Part shown: positions 20,545 through 29,976 of the stretch, piece by piece
Layout of the letters: each line of letters begins with the position of its first letter
Numbering within the stretch: position 1 is the first letter of the stretch
Source of the DNA: Nitrosopumilus sp.
Lineage (GTDB): Archaea > Thermoproteota > Nitrososphaeria > Nitrososphaerales > Nitrosopumilaceae
Assembly (NCBI GenBank): GCA_965218695.1
Contig: OZ244651.1
Coordinates: 256,001 to 320,000, forward strand
DNA: 64,000 nt
Direction of reading: 5' to 3'
Translations under genes and position numbers: made by a program
The notes under the pieces: generated by a model
Seen by the model: only the letters and a program-made list of their open reading frames with translations
What the model was told of the DNA's origin: nothing
The model's database searches: none

Positions 20545-21687
20545 ATGCCCCAATCAGGAATTGTCAAGTATCACGTTAAACTTTCCTATAAAGTTGATGG
20601 GCTAGTCGAAAGGGCGGACATAATAGGTGCCATCTTTGGCCAGACAGAAGGACTGCTTGGCCCCGAGATGAATCTAAATGAACTTCAGCGTGTCTCCAAG
20701 GTGGGACGCATCGAGGTCAACGCAAAGTCCACGACTAACACAACTTCAGGAGATGTTCTGATTCCTATGAGCACAGATATTGATACCTGCGCACTGATTG
20801 CCGCAGGCATTGAGAGTATAGACAAGGTGGGACCGTTTGACTGCACGTTCAAACTTGATGCAATTGACGATGTGCGGGCCGCAAAAAAGGATGACATAGT
20901 CAGGCGCGCAAAGGAGATCAAGCAGAGATGGGCAACCAAGACTGTCAGCGAGGGCGAGAGCATGCTAAACGACGTTCATCAGAGCGACTCTAGAAAACTC
21001 TCCACATACGGATCATCAAAACTTACATGCAGTCCTGGTATACATGACTCCAAATGGATAATCCTGGTGGAAGGAAGGGCAGACGTAATCAACCTTCTTC
21101 GTGCAGGCTATGACAACGCAATTGCAATCGAGGGTGCCAAGATTGACGAGTCGATAAAAACACTGTGTGCCACCAAGGACACAATCGTTGCATTCCTTGA
21201 CGGGGACAGGTCAGGCGGTTTCATCCTAAAGGAGCTAAAGTCCATCGTCCCGCTGGATTACGAACTCAGGGCCGACCACGGCGTTGAAGTCGAGGAGCTT
21301 ACCCCGCAGAGGATAGACGAGATCCTAAGACCGGTCGCCGATGAGATAAAATCCGGAGGGCCTGCAGTCTCGCTCCGGGATGATGCTGACAAACCATTGG
21401 CAGACGTTGCCTCCAAGGTTTATCCTGATCTAAACGAGACCCTGGAGGCAGTGGCACTTGATAACCGCAACAAGCAGATCTTCAGGGTTCCAATCAGCGA
21501 GCTTGTCAACAAACTGGCTACGCAGTCCGGCGTCCAGTATCTTCTGCTGGACGGTATCATAACCCAGAGGCTTCTGGAAGGTGCCAGAAAAGCAGGCATT
21601 GCATGCATAATGGGTCACAGGATCGCAAGGCTCTCAAACTCTGATGGCATAAAGCTCAAAACGTTTGGCGATCTTGGCATAACATAG
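20545..21687 (+). CDS. dnaG: Archaeal DnaG (TOPRIM; exosome-associated)
   Basis: GAIFGQTEGLLG, GRIEV, ILVEGRADVINLL, FLDGDRSG. Confidence 0.96.
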   Translation: MPQSGIVKYHVKLSYKVDGLVERADIIGAIFGQTEGLLGPEMNLNELQRVSKVGRIEVNAKSTTNTTSGDVLIPMSTDIDTCALIAAGIESIDKVGPFDCTFKLDAIDDVRAAKKDDIVRRAKEIKQRWATKTVSEGESMLNDVHQSDSRKLSTYGSSKLTCSPGIHDSKWIILVEGRADVINLLRAGYDNAIAIEGAKIDESIKTLCATKDTIVAFLDGDRSGGFILKELKSIVPLDYELRADHGVEVEELTPQRIDEILRPVADEIKSGGPAVSLRDDADKPLADVASKVYPDLNETLEAVALDNRNKQIFRVPISELVNKLATQSGVQYLLLDGIITQRLLEGARKAGIACIMGHRIARLSNSDGIKLKTFGDLGIT

Positions 21688-21691
21688 ACTG

Positions 21692-22390
21692 ATGACCGAA
21701 CTGAAGATTCAGCACATTCTCACCCTCTCTTATCTTCTGTCTGCAGGCGCAAGACACAACTACATCCTGATTACCACCTCGTCCCTTGGACGAAGCATCA
21801 AAAGGTCACAGCAGGCAGCCTCGCAGCATCTTGTGGATCTTGAGCAGGGCCGGTTCATTGAGAGGATAATGAGCGGGGGGAGCATATCTGTCAAGGTGAC
21901 TCCCAAGGGATTTGCAGAGGTATCCAGGCTCTCGTCCATTCTCCAAAAATGCATCGACTCCTCGCCGTCACATGTGGACCTTGAGGGGGTGCTGGTATCC
22001 GGAATGGGCGAGGGCGCATACTATATGGGGCTGGAGGGATACACCAGGCAGTTCAAGTCCAAGATAGGGTATGTTCCATTTCCCGGCACGCTCAACGTAA
22101 GGCTTGATGAGCGGGTCTACCTGGAGGCAAGAAGGCAGCTTGACGGCATGGACGGCGTAACGATAGATGGCTTTTCAGACGGACAGAGGACATACGGATG
22201 GGTCATGTGTTTTTCGGCAGTATTAAACGACACAACCAAATGCCAACTTATCGTGCTTGAAAGGACGCATCATGACGAATCCATAATGGAACTGATCTCA
22301 GAGGTGTGCATACGGGAGACTGCCGGACTTGTAGACGGATCCCGAGTATCCATTAGGATTCCAATCGGCGGCTCAGATCCCGTGGATTGA
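21692..22390 (+). CDS. ribK: CTP-dependent riboflavin kinase with N-terminal HTH
   Basis: SQQAASQHL HTH; GVLVSGMGEGAYY; PFPGTLNV; ERTHH. Confidence 0.93.
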   Translation: MTELKIQHILTLSYLLSAGARHNYILITTSSLGRSIKRSQQAASQHLVDLEQGRFIERIMSGGSISVKVTPKGFAEVSRLSSILQKCIDSSPSHVDLEGVLVSGMGEGAYYMGLEGYTRQFKSKIGYVPFPGTLNVRLDERVYLEARRQLDGMDGVTIDGFSDGQRTYGWVMCFSAVLNDTTKCQLIVLERTHHDESIMELISEVCIRETAGLVDGSRVSIRIPIGGSDPVD

Positions 22391-23002
22391 CTCGCCGTAC
22401 TCTTTTTGTATCTTTGAACTGGAGATCTCCGGAATCGGGGACTGGAGTCTTGCAACCCGCGCATTCAGGCTGATCTTCTTGCATCCCTCTGTAATGAACT
22501 TCTCCTGATGAATCTGATCGTATCCCAGGGCAATGATCTCGGGCCTGACGTTGTCTACCGTCTTGAAGATGTCATCCTCCTGTCCGATCAGACACAGATC
22601 CACCATCAAAAGCGCTCTGACCATCTCCTGCCTCTGTTCCTGCGAGTGCAGCGGCGCCTTCTTCTTCATCCTTACTGCCGTGTTGTCTGTTGCAACCACC
22701 ACCACAAGCACGTCGCCCAGCGCCTTTGCAGCATTAAGAGTATGGATGTGTCCTGGATGGATTATGTCAAAGACGCCCCCTGCCAGTACCACCTGCAGCG
22801 AGTCGCGGCCAAAGTCAGTCAGCGTCTTCCTGTCCGTCTCCACAAGCTGGTTCTTTACCAGATCATCGATACTCTCCTTAATCTTCCTTGCCGAAAGCAT
22901 GCCGCTTCTTCCTATCTCCTCCAAGGGAGAGGTTCCTGTAATCTGGGACGTATACATGATTGCAAGAATCTTCTTCTGACTCTGATCCAACAACCCTCTC
23001 AT
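22373..23002 (-). CDS. ribL: FAD synthetase (cytidylyltransferase family) with N-terminal extension
   Basis: GGVFDIIHPGHIH HxGH motif; PEIIALGYDQ; SSSKI; convergent with ribK. Confidence 0.85.
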   Translation of the reverse strand: MRGLLDQSQKKILAIMYTSQITGTSPLEEIGRSGMLSARKIKESIDDLVKNQLVETDRKTLTDFGRDSLQVVLAGGVFDIIHPGHIHTLNAAKALGDVLVVVVATDNTAVRMKKKAPLHSQEQRQEMVRALLMVDLCLIGQEDDIFKTVDNVRPEIIALGYDQIHQEKFITEGCKKISLNARVARLQSPIPEISSSKIQKEYGESIHGI

Positions 23003-23028
23003 TTTCTCCCTATCTATAATTCATCATG

Positions 23029-24075
23029 CTACATCTTTGGTCCCAGGCCGTTTGTAATCATCAGCGCGTCTACCAGCCCGTCTGCATACCCGATACTCAG
23101 CACCGCCACCTCGTCGTGCCCGTCTGCCAGAAACTTTTCTGCATCCCTGACATACAGGTCTGCATTCTCCAAAACCTGCAGCGACTCCTGGTCCTTGCAG
23201 TATGGCCTGACCTCCTCGATGGCCTCCCTGACCATCGGCACGTACTTTTCAAGCATCTGAACCGGTATCCTCTTCAGCCTGCCGGAGTTGTCAAGCGGCT
23301 CGTCGATGCACCTGCATGATGACTTTAGGGCGTCTGATTCTGTGAAATGCATGCTTCCGGGAACGATTATTGCATGCGGCGGCATGCCAAAGTCAATCTT
23401 TTCAAGACTGGATATCATGCCTGCAACAATCGACTGGTCTGCTGAGCCTATCCTTGATGCCACTATGCAGTATGTGGACGGCGTCATGACATCCCTTGCC
23501 TGGCCCTCCTCTGTCTTGATGAGTGCGGACAGTGCGTCCCCGGGATCAAGAAAAAAATCCCCGTCCTGGCTGTACTCCAAAAGGAGTATTGTGTGATTTC
23601 CATGGATCATGTTCCTGTATGTCACATAGTATGGGGTTGTCAGGGACCTTGCCTCGTTCATTATGGTTGCCGGCCTTCCCATCTTGTAAAAATGCAGGCC
23701 GCACTCGCCAGTCATTGCAGTGACTGCAGATGATGCATGGATGCATCCTGTTCTTATGCCCTGCTCGGCTGCCCTTGTCCTCAGCTCCGTGTGCGTTGTG
23801 GCTACAAAGGGATCCCCGTACGATGCCAGAACCACCACGCCGTCTTTGGCATTCCTGAGAATCTCACCGCCGTCCTCCACCTGCCATCTCTTGACAAGTT
23901 TGAACCGTCCTCCTCCTTCTCCTCCTGAGGCATCCCTGATCCTGGAGATCTCTGATTCTGCAACGGGACTGGTAAAATGCTCCAGATACACCATGTCTGC
24001 ACTTGAGAGTATCCCCAGTGCCTCGTTTGGGATTGAGCCAAACCCGGATATCCCAAGGCCTACAAACCACAGCAT
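23029..24075 (-). CDS. dph5: Diphthine synthase with C-terminal DUF357-like domain
   Basis: MLWFVGLG, GDPFVATTH, GLHFYKMG, HTILLLE; C-terminal YVRDAEKFL...GYADGLVDAL. Confidence 0.92.
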   Translation of the reverse strand: MLWFVGLGISGFGSIPNEALGILSSADMVYLEHFTSPVAESEISRIRDASGGEGGGRFKLVKRWQVEDGGEILRNAKDGVVVLASYGDPFVATTHTELRTRAAEQGIRTGCIHASSAVTAMTGECGLHFYKMGRPATIMNEARSLTTPYYVTYRNMIHGNHTILLLEYSQDGDFFLDPGDALSALIKTEEGQARDVMTPSTYCIVASRIGSADQSIVAGMISSLEKIDFGMPPHAIIVPGSMHFTESDALKSSCRCIDEPLDNSGRLKRIPVQMLEKYVPMVREAIEEVRPYCKDQESLQVLENADLYVRDAEKFLADGHDEVAVLSIGYADGLVDALMITNGLGPKM

Positions 24076-24103
24076 GCCCTGTCCTTCCGGCATGCGCCTG
24101 CTC

Positions 24104-25264
24104 TCATGCCTGTGATCCTTCCGTGCCGGTACCCATCGTGCCCAGCCTGCTGACCCTTTTGTCGTGAAGCCTCTTCAGGTTGTGCAGGGTGCTCTTGATG
24201 ATCTCAATTCCCTTCAGATACTCGCTGACAGAGACCTTTTCGTTGATCGTGTGGGCCTCGTGGGGGTTGCCGGGCCCGTATGTGACAACCGGGATGCCCC
24301 ACCTGCTTCCAAGTATGTTCATGTCCCCGGTCCCAGTCTTTCTGATAAGCATGGGTCTGTTATTCCCGTTTTTCATAACGCCGATGATTAGTGCCCTGAC
24401 CAGCGGCGAGTCGTGGGGCGCCTCAAACGGCTCGGTCTCGTCAAGTATGGAGTACATGGCATTGACGCCCCGCTCCACCTCTGTCGTCCTTACCGTGGTC
24501 TCTATGTCCTGCTCCACCGACTTGCAGTTCATGTCCACTGGAATCCTGATGTCGAAGGTTATCTCGCACTCCTTGGGGGTTATATTGTGACTGCTTCCGC
24601 CCCTTACCTGGGTCATGGTCGCAGTCAGAAGCATTCCGTTGGTCTTGCCTTCCTGGCCCTTCTCCAGTTTCTCCTTGAGCTTTTCTGCAAAGATCATCGA
24701 CTCTGAGATTGCATTCTTTGAAAGCCACGGCGCGCCTGCATGCGAGCTGTCCTTGACGCTTATCCTGAGGTTGATTGCAAGCCTTCCCTTGTAGGCAATG
24801 GTGATTCTGTTGATCCCGCTTGGTTCCCCAAACATGGCATAGTCTACATCCATTCTCTTCTTGACAAGGTTCTTGACCCCTGTTGCGTTTCCCTCCTCGT
24901 CTACTGCGCCGACAAAGATTATGGTCCCGCACCCGTCCTGCACTGATGCTGCTGCAAGCAGCATGGCCATAAGGGGGGCCTTTGCATCAGAGGCACCGCG
25001 CCCGTAGAGATAGTCCCCGTCCCTCCTCACCTTGATCTTTCCGGGAACGACATCCATGTGTCCGCAGAGGATGATCTTGGGGGAGCCGGAGCCCTTCTTT
25101 GCAATCACGTTGCCCACCTCGTCGATCACAGTATCCCTGAATCCAAGATTATCGCACATGTCTGCAAGAAATTCGGCCAGCGGCTTCTCGGCAAGGGACG
25201 GCGTATAGAACCTGAGCGTCCTTTCAAGCATCTTTGTTGCAAATTCCGGCGTTACTCTTTCCAA
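24104..25264 (-). CDS. lysK: [LysW]-lysine/[LysW]-ornithine hydrolase (M20)
   Basis: GHMDVVP, GRGASDAK, DEEG, GEPSG, KTGTGDMN; located in the lys cluster. Confidence 0.92.
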   Translation of the reverse strand: MERVTPEFATKMLERTLRFYTPSLAEKPLAEFLADMCDNLGFRDTVIDEVGNVIAKKGSGSPKIILCGHMDVVPGKIKVRRDGDYLYGRGASDAKAPLMAMLLAAASVQDGCGTIIFVGAVDEEGNATGVKNLVKKRMDVDYAMFGEPSGINRITIAYKGRLAINLRISVKDSSHAGAPWLSKNAISESMIFAEKLKEKLEKGQEGKTNGMLLTATMTQVRGGSSHNITPKECEITFDIRIPVDMNCKSVEQDIETTVRTTEVERGVNAMYSILDETEPFEAPHDSPLVRALIIGVMKNGNNRPMLIRKTGTGDMNILGSRWGIPVVTYGPGNPHEAHTINEKVSVSEYLKGIEIIKSTLHNLKRLHDKRVSRLGTMGTGTEGSQA

Positions 25265-25270
25265 TCTGCC

Positions 25271-26113
25271 CTAACCCTGTCTTGCATACTCTAGCATGAT
25301 GGATGGAATGTCCACTCCGCACACCCTTACCGTATTTTTGTACTCTGTCGTATTGTTTACCTCGTGCACTACGAGCCCGTGCTCCTCGCTCTCCATCAAA
25401 TCCACACCGACAATCTCCCCCTGCACTGCATCCTTTGCCTTGATGCACATCTCCTCAAGCTCCTGAGTGACCGGGCACGGCTCTGCAATTCCGCCAAGCG
25501 CCATGTTGGTCTTCCAGTTTCCGTCGCCGGAGGTCCTGTATATTGCAGCAACCACCCTGTCCCCGACTGTGATCGCCCTGATGTCCCTTGGGGGCCTCTT
25601 GACAAACTCTTCAATATAGTGAATCTGGTATATCGGATACATGCCCTCCCTGCCCTCGATGATCCCCTCTGCCGAGTCCCTGTCGTTGAGCTTTGAGATG
25701 AGCCTCCCCCAGCTGCCCACTGTGGGCTTGATGATCCGGGGAAAACCTTCCGTCTCCAGTGCCTGCAGGGCCGCATCCTTGGAGAATGCGACTGTCGCAT
25801 CCGGGGTCGGAACGCCCTTCTTCTTTAGCAGCATGTGGGTGAACAGCTTGTTCCCAGCCAGAATCCCCGTGTTGAGGCAGTTGACCACCCTGACTCCGAG
25901 GCCCTCGAGGGCTGCAGTCGAGTGCAGATTCCTGTAGTAGCTCACGCACCTCTGAATAACGGTGCCGTACTCCTCAGGCTCGCTTTCCAGATTCAGTGCA
26001 AGCTTTTTGCAGTCTACCATCTCTATGTTGGCATCGTTTCTCCTGCCGGCCTCCAGCAGAGCCTTCTCCTCCCAACGAATGGTGTCATAAAGAATGGTTA
26101 CCTTTGGACTCAC
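25271..26113 (-). CDS. lysX: Alpha-aminoadipate--LysW ligase (RimK ATP-grasp)
   Basis: RWEEKAL, KPTVGSWGR, WKTNMALGG, HEVNNTTEYKN; GTG start overlaps the lysW stop. Confidence 0.9.
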   Translation of the reverse strand: MSPKVTILYDTIRWEEKALLEAGRRNDANIEMVDCKKLALNLESEPEEYGTVIQRCVSYYRNLHSTAALEGLGVRVVNCLNTGILAGNKLFTHMLLKKKGVPTPDATVAFSKDAALQALETEGFPRIIKPTVGSWGRLISKLNDRDSAEGIIEGREGMYPIYQIHYIEEFVKRPPRDIRAITVGDRVVAAIYRTSGDGNWKTNMALGGIAEPCPVTQELEEMCIKAKDAVQGEIVGVDLMESEEHGLVVHEVNNTTEYKNTVRVCGVDIPSIMLEYARQG

Positions 26114-26277
26114 TGCCCCCAATCCTCGCCAACCGTCTGGGCAGGCTTGAAATCAAAGCTGTCTGAACCTTTCACCAGTTCGAAACTTGCGCCACATTCC
26201 GGACATGCTACAATCTCCCCCTCCATTGCGTCATCTGGAATCGGAATATTTGCATCACATTCTTCGCATTTTGACAT
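26110..26277 (-). CDS. lysW: Amino-group carrier protein LysW (C-terminus EDWGQ); absent from the ORF track
   Basis: MSKCEECDANIPIPDDAMEGEIVACPECGASFELVKGSDSFDFKPAQTVGEDWGQ*, 55 aa, two CxxC motifs. Confidence 0.93.
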   Translation of the reverse strand: MSKCEECDANIPIPDDAMEGEIVACPECGASFELVKGSDSFDFKPAQTVGEDWGQ

Positions 26278-26298
26278 GTCTCTTCCTTGATATTCTCT

Positions 26299-27462
26299 CT
26301 ATTTATCGTTAATCATCTTCTCGATTCTGTCCTCGAGCGGAATCTCGATGAGATCGCCCATTCTGAGCCTCTTGAGTCCGGCTGCAACCGCCTTTGCATC
26401 CTCCTCATTCTCCACAAGTCCGAGCAGGGACATCAGGTATGCGGCCCCCGTCTTTCCTGCCAGTTCCCCGAACACTATCCTGCGCCTGTTTCCAACGGCC
26501 CTTGGAGGTATGGGCTCGTAGGCTGCCGGGTTTCTGAGAATTGCTGCAAGGTGCGTCCCGGCCTTGTGCTTGTATGCAGATGAGCCGACTATCGGCTTTG
26601 AGTCATATGGGGTTATGGACGCGTACTCCTCTATCAGTCTGGACAGGTCAAGCAGCATGTCGAGTCGGAAATCGTTTGGGGACTTGTACAGGTACGTCAG
26701 CGCCACTGCCACCTCTGCGAGGGGCGGAATTCCGGTCCTCTCGCCTATGCCATCTATGGTTGTATGAATCTGATCCACCCCTGCATCGCATGCGGCAAAT
26801 GCGTTTGCAACCGCAAGCCCTATGTCATTATGAACATGCGCGTCAAGAGGAACGCTGACTGTCTCCCTTACGCCCTTGACAAAGTTGTACATGCCTATGG
26901 GACGAAGAATTCCGACCGTGTCCGGAAGGCTGATCCTGTCAACCCCTGCATCCTCTATCCCCCTGCACACCTCCATGAGAAACTCGGGGTCCGCCCTGCT
27001 TCCGTCCTCCACGGTAAACCTGATCTTCAATCCGTGCGACTTTGCATACTCTACCGTATCCACTGCCCTCTCCAGGGCATCCTCCCTTGATATGCGAAGC
27101 TTGTCCTTGAGATGGACGTCCGAGATTCCCAGATACGCAGCGCACCACTCTGCATCGCATCCCAGCGAGGTGTCGATATCGCCCCTCAGCGCCCTTCCGT
27201 GAGACACGATGTCTGCCTTGAGTCCCTGTTTTATGATGGTCCTTGTAGCCTCCCTGTGATCCTCTGAGACGACAGGCGATATCTCAATCTGGTCAACCCC
27301 GAAATAATCCAGCATCCAGGCAATCTGGATCCTGTGCTTGTTTGTAAAGGATACCCCCGGATGCTGCTCTCCCTCCCTGAGGGTGCTGTCAAGTATCCTG
27401 ATCTTCTTCTGGTTTCTGTCGTATGCGTTGTAGATGTCTGCATAGTGATTCGGTTCCATCAT
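26299..27462 (-). CDS. lysS: Homocitrate synthase (LeuA family)
   Basis: ILDSTLREGEQ, LPDTVG, HVHNDIGLAVAN, GIGERTG, HKAGTH; cluster context. Confidence 0.85.
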   Translation of the reverse strand: MMEPNHYADIYNAYDRNQKKIRILDSTLREGEQHPGVSFTNKHRIQIAWMLDYFGVDQIEISPVVSEDHREATRTIIKQGLKADIVSHGRALRGDIDTSLGCDAEWCAAYLGISDVHLKDKLRISREDALERAVDTVEYAKSHGLKIRFTVEDGSRADPEFLMEVCRGIEDAGVDRISLPDTVGILRPIGMYNFVKGVRETVSVPLDAHVHNDIGLAVANAFAACDAGVDQIHTTIDGIGERTGIPPLAEVAVALTYLYKSPNDFRLDMLLDLSRLIEEYASITPYDSKPIVGSSAYKHKAGTHLAAILRNPAAYEPIPPRAVGNRRRIVFGELAGKTGAAYLMSLLGLVENEEDAKAVAAGLKRLRMGDLIEIPLEDRIEKMINDK

Positions 27463-27518
27463 TACCGAAATCGTTGGAGTTTACTGTCGATATAAACATA
27501 TTCGTACCAAAATCGTTG
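27462..27518 (-). promoter_or_regulatory. lysS promoter with two candidate LysM/Lrp operators
   Basis: TATA (minus TTTATA, 27491-27496) flanked by GTACCAAAATCGTTG (27504-27518) and TTACCGAAATCGTTG (27462-27476). Confidence 0.55.
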
Positions 27519-27579
27519 GAAACAGTCTGAATTGATCCTGAATCCGTCTTGAACCGTTGTCATGTTGCGAAAATCGTCT

Positions 27580-27999
27580 TCATGCAATCTTCCGCAGGAT
27601 GATCACCGTGTTTGTATCCATGACGCCGTTTATCTTTCGCAACGCGTCAATGGTGGCATTTATTCCTGCAATGCTTGAGGAGCTGATTATTGTGGCAATG
27701 TCGTACTGCCCGGTAATCTCGTAGACTGTTCTGACCCCCTCTAGGCCTGCAAGGTTCATGGAGACCTTGGACGTGTCTGTTGCAGATTCCACTGAGACCA
27801 GAACTATCGCGCTTGTGGTCTCCTCGTGGCCCATCTCCAGCGTGAACCTCTTGATGATCCCGCCGTCGACCATCCTCTTTACGCGTCTTCTGACTGCAGA
27901 CTCGGAAAGCCCTATGCTTCTGCCGATCTCCCCCAATGACGTTCTGGAATCGACTTTGAGGTGCTCTATGATCTTGTCGTCTGTGCTATCCCTGTACAC
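27580..27999 (-). CDS. lysM: Lrp/AsnC regulator LysM
   Basis: DSRTSLGEIGRSIGLSESAVRRRV HTH; YEITGQYDI; likely GTG start at 27999. Confidence 0.88.
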   Translation of the reverse strand: MYRDSTDDKIIEHLKVDSRTSLGEIGRSIGLSESAVRRRVKRMVDGGIIKRFTLEMGHEETTSAIVLVSVESATDTSKVSMNLAGLEGVRTVYEITGQYDIATIISSSSIAGINATIDALRKINGVMDTNTVIILRKIA

Positions 28000-29170
28000 T
28001 GCGCCTCTTCTCCTCCTCCTGGCCAAGTACGACATCAAGTGCGTTTAGGGTCTGCGCCACGTCCTGTTCTGATATTACCAACGGGGGAAGCATCCTCAGC
28101 ACGTTTCTTCCTGAGTACAGCATCAGTACGCCCTCTCTTATCAGACCCGTCAGAACCTCCCTGACATCAAACCTCAACTCGACTCCTATCATGAGACCCT
28201 TTCCGCGAATCTCCCTAATAATGGGATGCTTCCTTTTGAGTTCCTCCAGTCCGTGCCTGAACATAGCGCCCATTCTCTCGGAGTTTTTTACAAGTCCGTC
28301 CTGTGTTATTGCCTCAAGGGCGGCAGTTCCTGCCGCACACGACAGGGGGTTACCGCCAAATGTGGAAGAGTGCTCGCCTTTGCTCATGGATGCAAGAATG
28401 TCCGGCCTTGTCAGGGTCGCCCCCATGGGAACCCCCCCCGCAATACCCTTTGCCAGGCACAGTATGTCCGGGGCAGTGTCCCAGTGCTGGCATGCCCACA
28501 GCCGTCCGGTCCTTCCAAGGCCGGCCTGTATCTCGTCAAATATGAGCAGGATTCCCTTCTCGTCACAGAGCCTCCTTGCATCCTGCAGGAATCCGTCCGG
28601 AGCCACATTGATTCCGCTCTCGCCCTGAATCGGCTCCATGATGATGCATGCCGTGTCCTCGTCAACCACTGAGCGCAGGGACTCGGCATCGCCAAACGGC
28701 GCAAACGAGACCTTTTCGACGAGCGGCGCAAACGCCTTTCTGTACTTTGGATGGAATGTAAGCGAGAGGGCGCCAAACGACTTGCCATGGTATGATCCCT
28801 TCATTGCAACCATTCCCTTCTTTTTGGTAAACTTTCTTGCAAACTTCATGGCCGCCTCGACTGATTCGGCCCCACTGTTGTTCAGGTGCACCTGCGTCAG
28901 GCCGTCGGGGGCAAGACCCGTAAGTGTTTCCAGAAATTTTTCCCTCGTCTTATTGTACAGGGAGCTGTGCACCGTGATTATCCTGCCCAGCTGCTCCCTT
29001 ATTGCGCCGTTGACCCTTGGATTCTGGTGTCCGACCAGCGCCACTCCGTACCCGCCCATGCAGTCGACGTACTCCTTTCCGTCAGTATCCCACACCCGGG
29101 CTCCGATCCCCCTCTCTATTGTTACTGGAAACCTCTGGTACAGGTTTCCCATGAATGTGTCTTCACTCAC
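27986..29170 (-). CDS. lysJ: [LysW]-aminoadipate/glutamate semialdehyde transaminase
   Basis: NSGAESVEAAMK, EPIQGE, FDEIQAGLGRTG, LAKGIAGG, HSSTFGGNP. Confidence 0.93.
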   Translation of the reverse strand: MSEDTFMGNLYQRFPVTIERGIGARVWDTDGKEYVDCMGGYGVALVGHQNPRVNGAIREQLGRIITVHSSLYNKTREKFLETLTGLAPDGLTQVHLNNSGAESVEAAMKFARKFTKKKGMVAMKGSYHGKSFGALSLTFHPKYRKAFAPLVEKVSFAPFGDAESLRSVVDEDTACIIMEPIQGESGINVAPDGFLQDARRLCDEKGILLIFDEIQAGLGRTGRLWACQHWDTAPDILCLAKGIAGGVPMGATLTRPDILASMSKGEHSSTFGGNPLSCAAGTAALEAITQDGLVKNSERMGAMFRHGLEELKRKHPIIREIRGKGLMIGVELRFDVREVLTGLIREGVLMLYSGRNVLRMLPPLVISEQDVAQTLNALDVVLGQEEEKRRSVQG

Positions 29171-29966
29171 GCTCGATCACCGTACAGTTGTCACGTAAAA
29201 TGGCAGATGATATGGGATTCTCCTTCTGGCCGTTTGCAATCAGTGCAGTACCAACTCCCATGTCTAGTGCCTCAGTCGATGCCAAAATCTTCTTCTCCAT
29301 GCCCGGTCCTACCTTGGGTCTTATCTTTTTTGCCTCTTCCAGCGTCAGCTTTGGCACCAACGTGCCATCCATTAGCAGTCCGTCCACGTTTGTAATGAAC
29401 AGTACCATCCTGCTGCCTACACTGCCTGCAACAAATGCTGCAGCCCTGTCCCCGTCGACGTTGAGAAACTCCGACTCCTCGCTGATTGCAATGGGTGATA
29501 TGACCGGCGTCATGCCCATGTCCAAAAGGCTTCTGATGAATTTGGAGTTTACCTTGCTTATCTTCCCCGTGTACCCGCCGTCGATTGCCTGCTTTCTGCC
29601 CTTCTCGTTGACTATTATCAGCCTCTTCTTTCTGTCTGCCTGTATGACCCTGGCATCGACACCTGACATGCCTACTGCATTGATGCCGTTCTCTTGAAGC
29701 ATTCTGACTATGGCCTTGTTTATCCTGCCTGACATTACCATGGTAAATATCTCTGCAGTCTGGGCATCCGTATACCTGCTCCTGCTTCCGCCTGGCGATG
29801 TAACGAATCTTGGCTCCACTCCAAGCTGGCTGCATACCTTTGTTACCTCCTTTCCGCCTCCGTGAACCAGAATCACGCCCTCTGACTCTGCAACCCTCTT
29901 TATGTCCGAGATTGCCGACGGATGCAGATCGTCTACGACGCTTCCGCCGATCTTGATTGTAATCAT
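29163..29966 (-). CDS. lysZ: [LysW]-aminoadipate/glutamate kinase
   Basis: IKIGGS, VHGGG, SRYTD, LNVDGDRAA, GPGMEKK. Confidence 0.93.
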   Translation of the reverse strand: MITIKIGGSVVDDLHPSAISDIKRVAESEGVILVHGGGKEVTKVCSQLGVEPRFVTSPGGSRSRYTDAQTAEIFTMVMSGRINKAIVRMLQENGINAVGMSGVDARVIQADRKKRLIIVNEKGRKQAIDGGYTGKISKVNSKFIRSLLDMGMTPVISPIAISEESEFLNVDGDRAAAFVAGSVGSRMVLFITNVDGLLMDGTLVPKLTLEEAKKIRPKVGPGMEKKILASTEALDMGVGTALIANGQKENPISSAILRDNCTVIERE

Positions 29967-29976
29967 GCCGCCGTCC

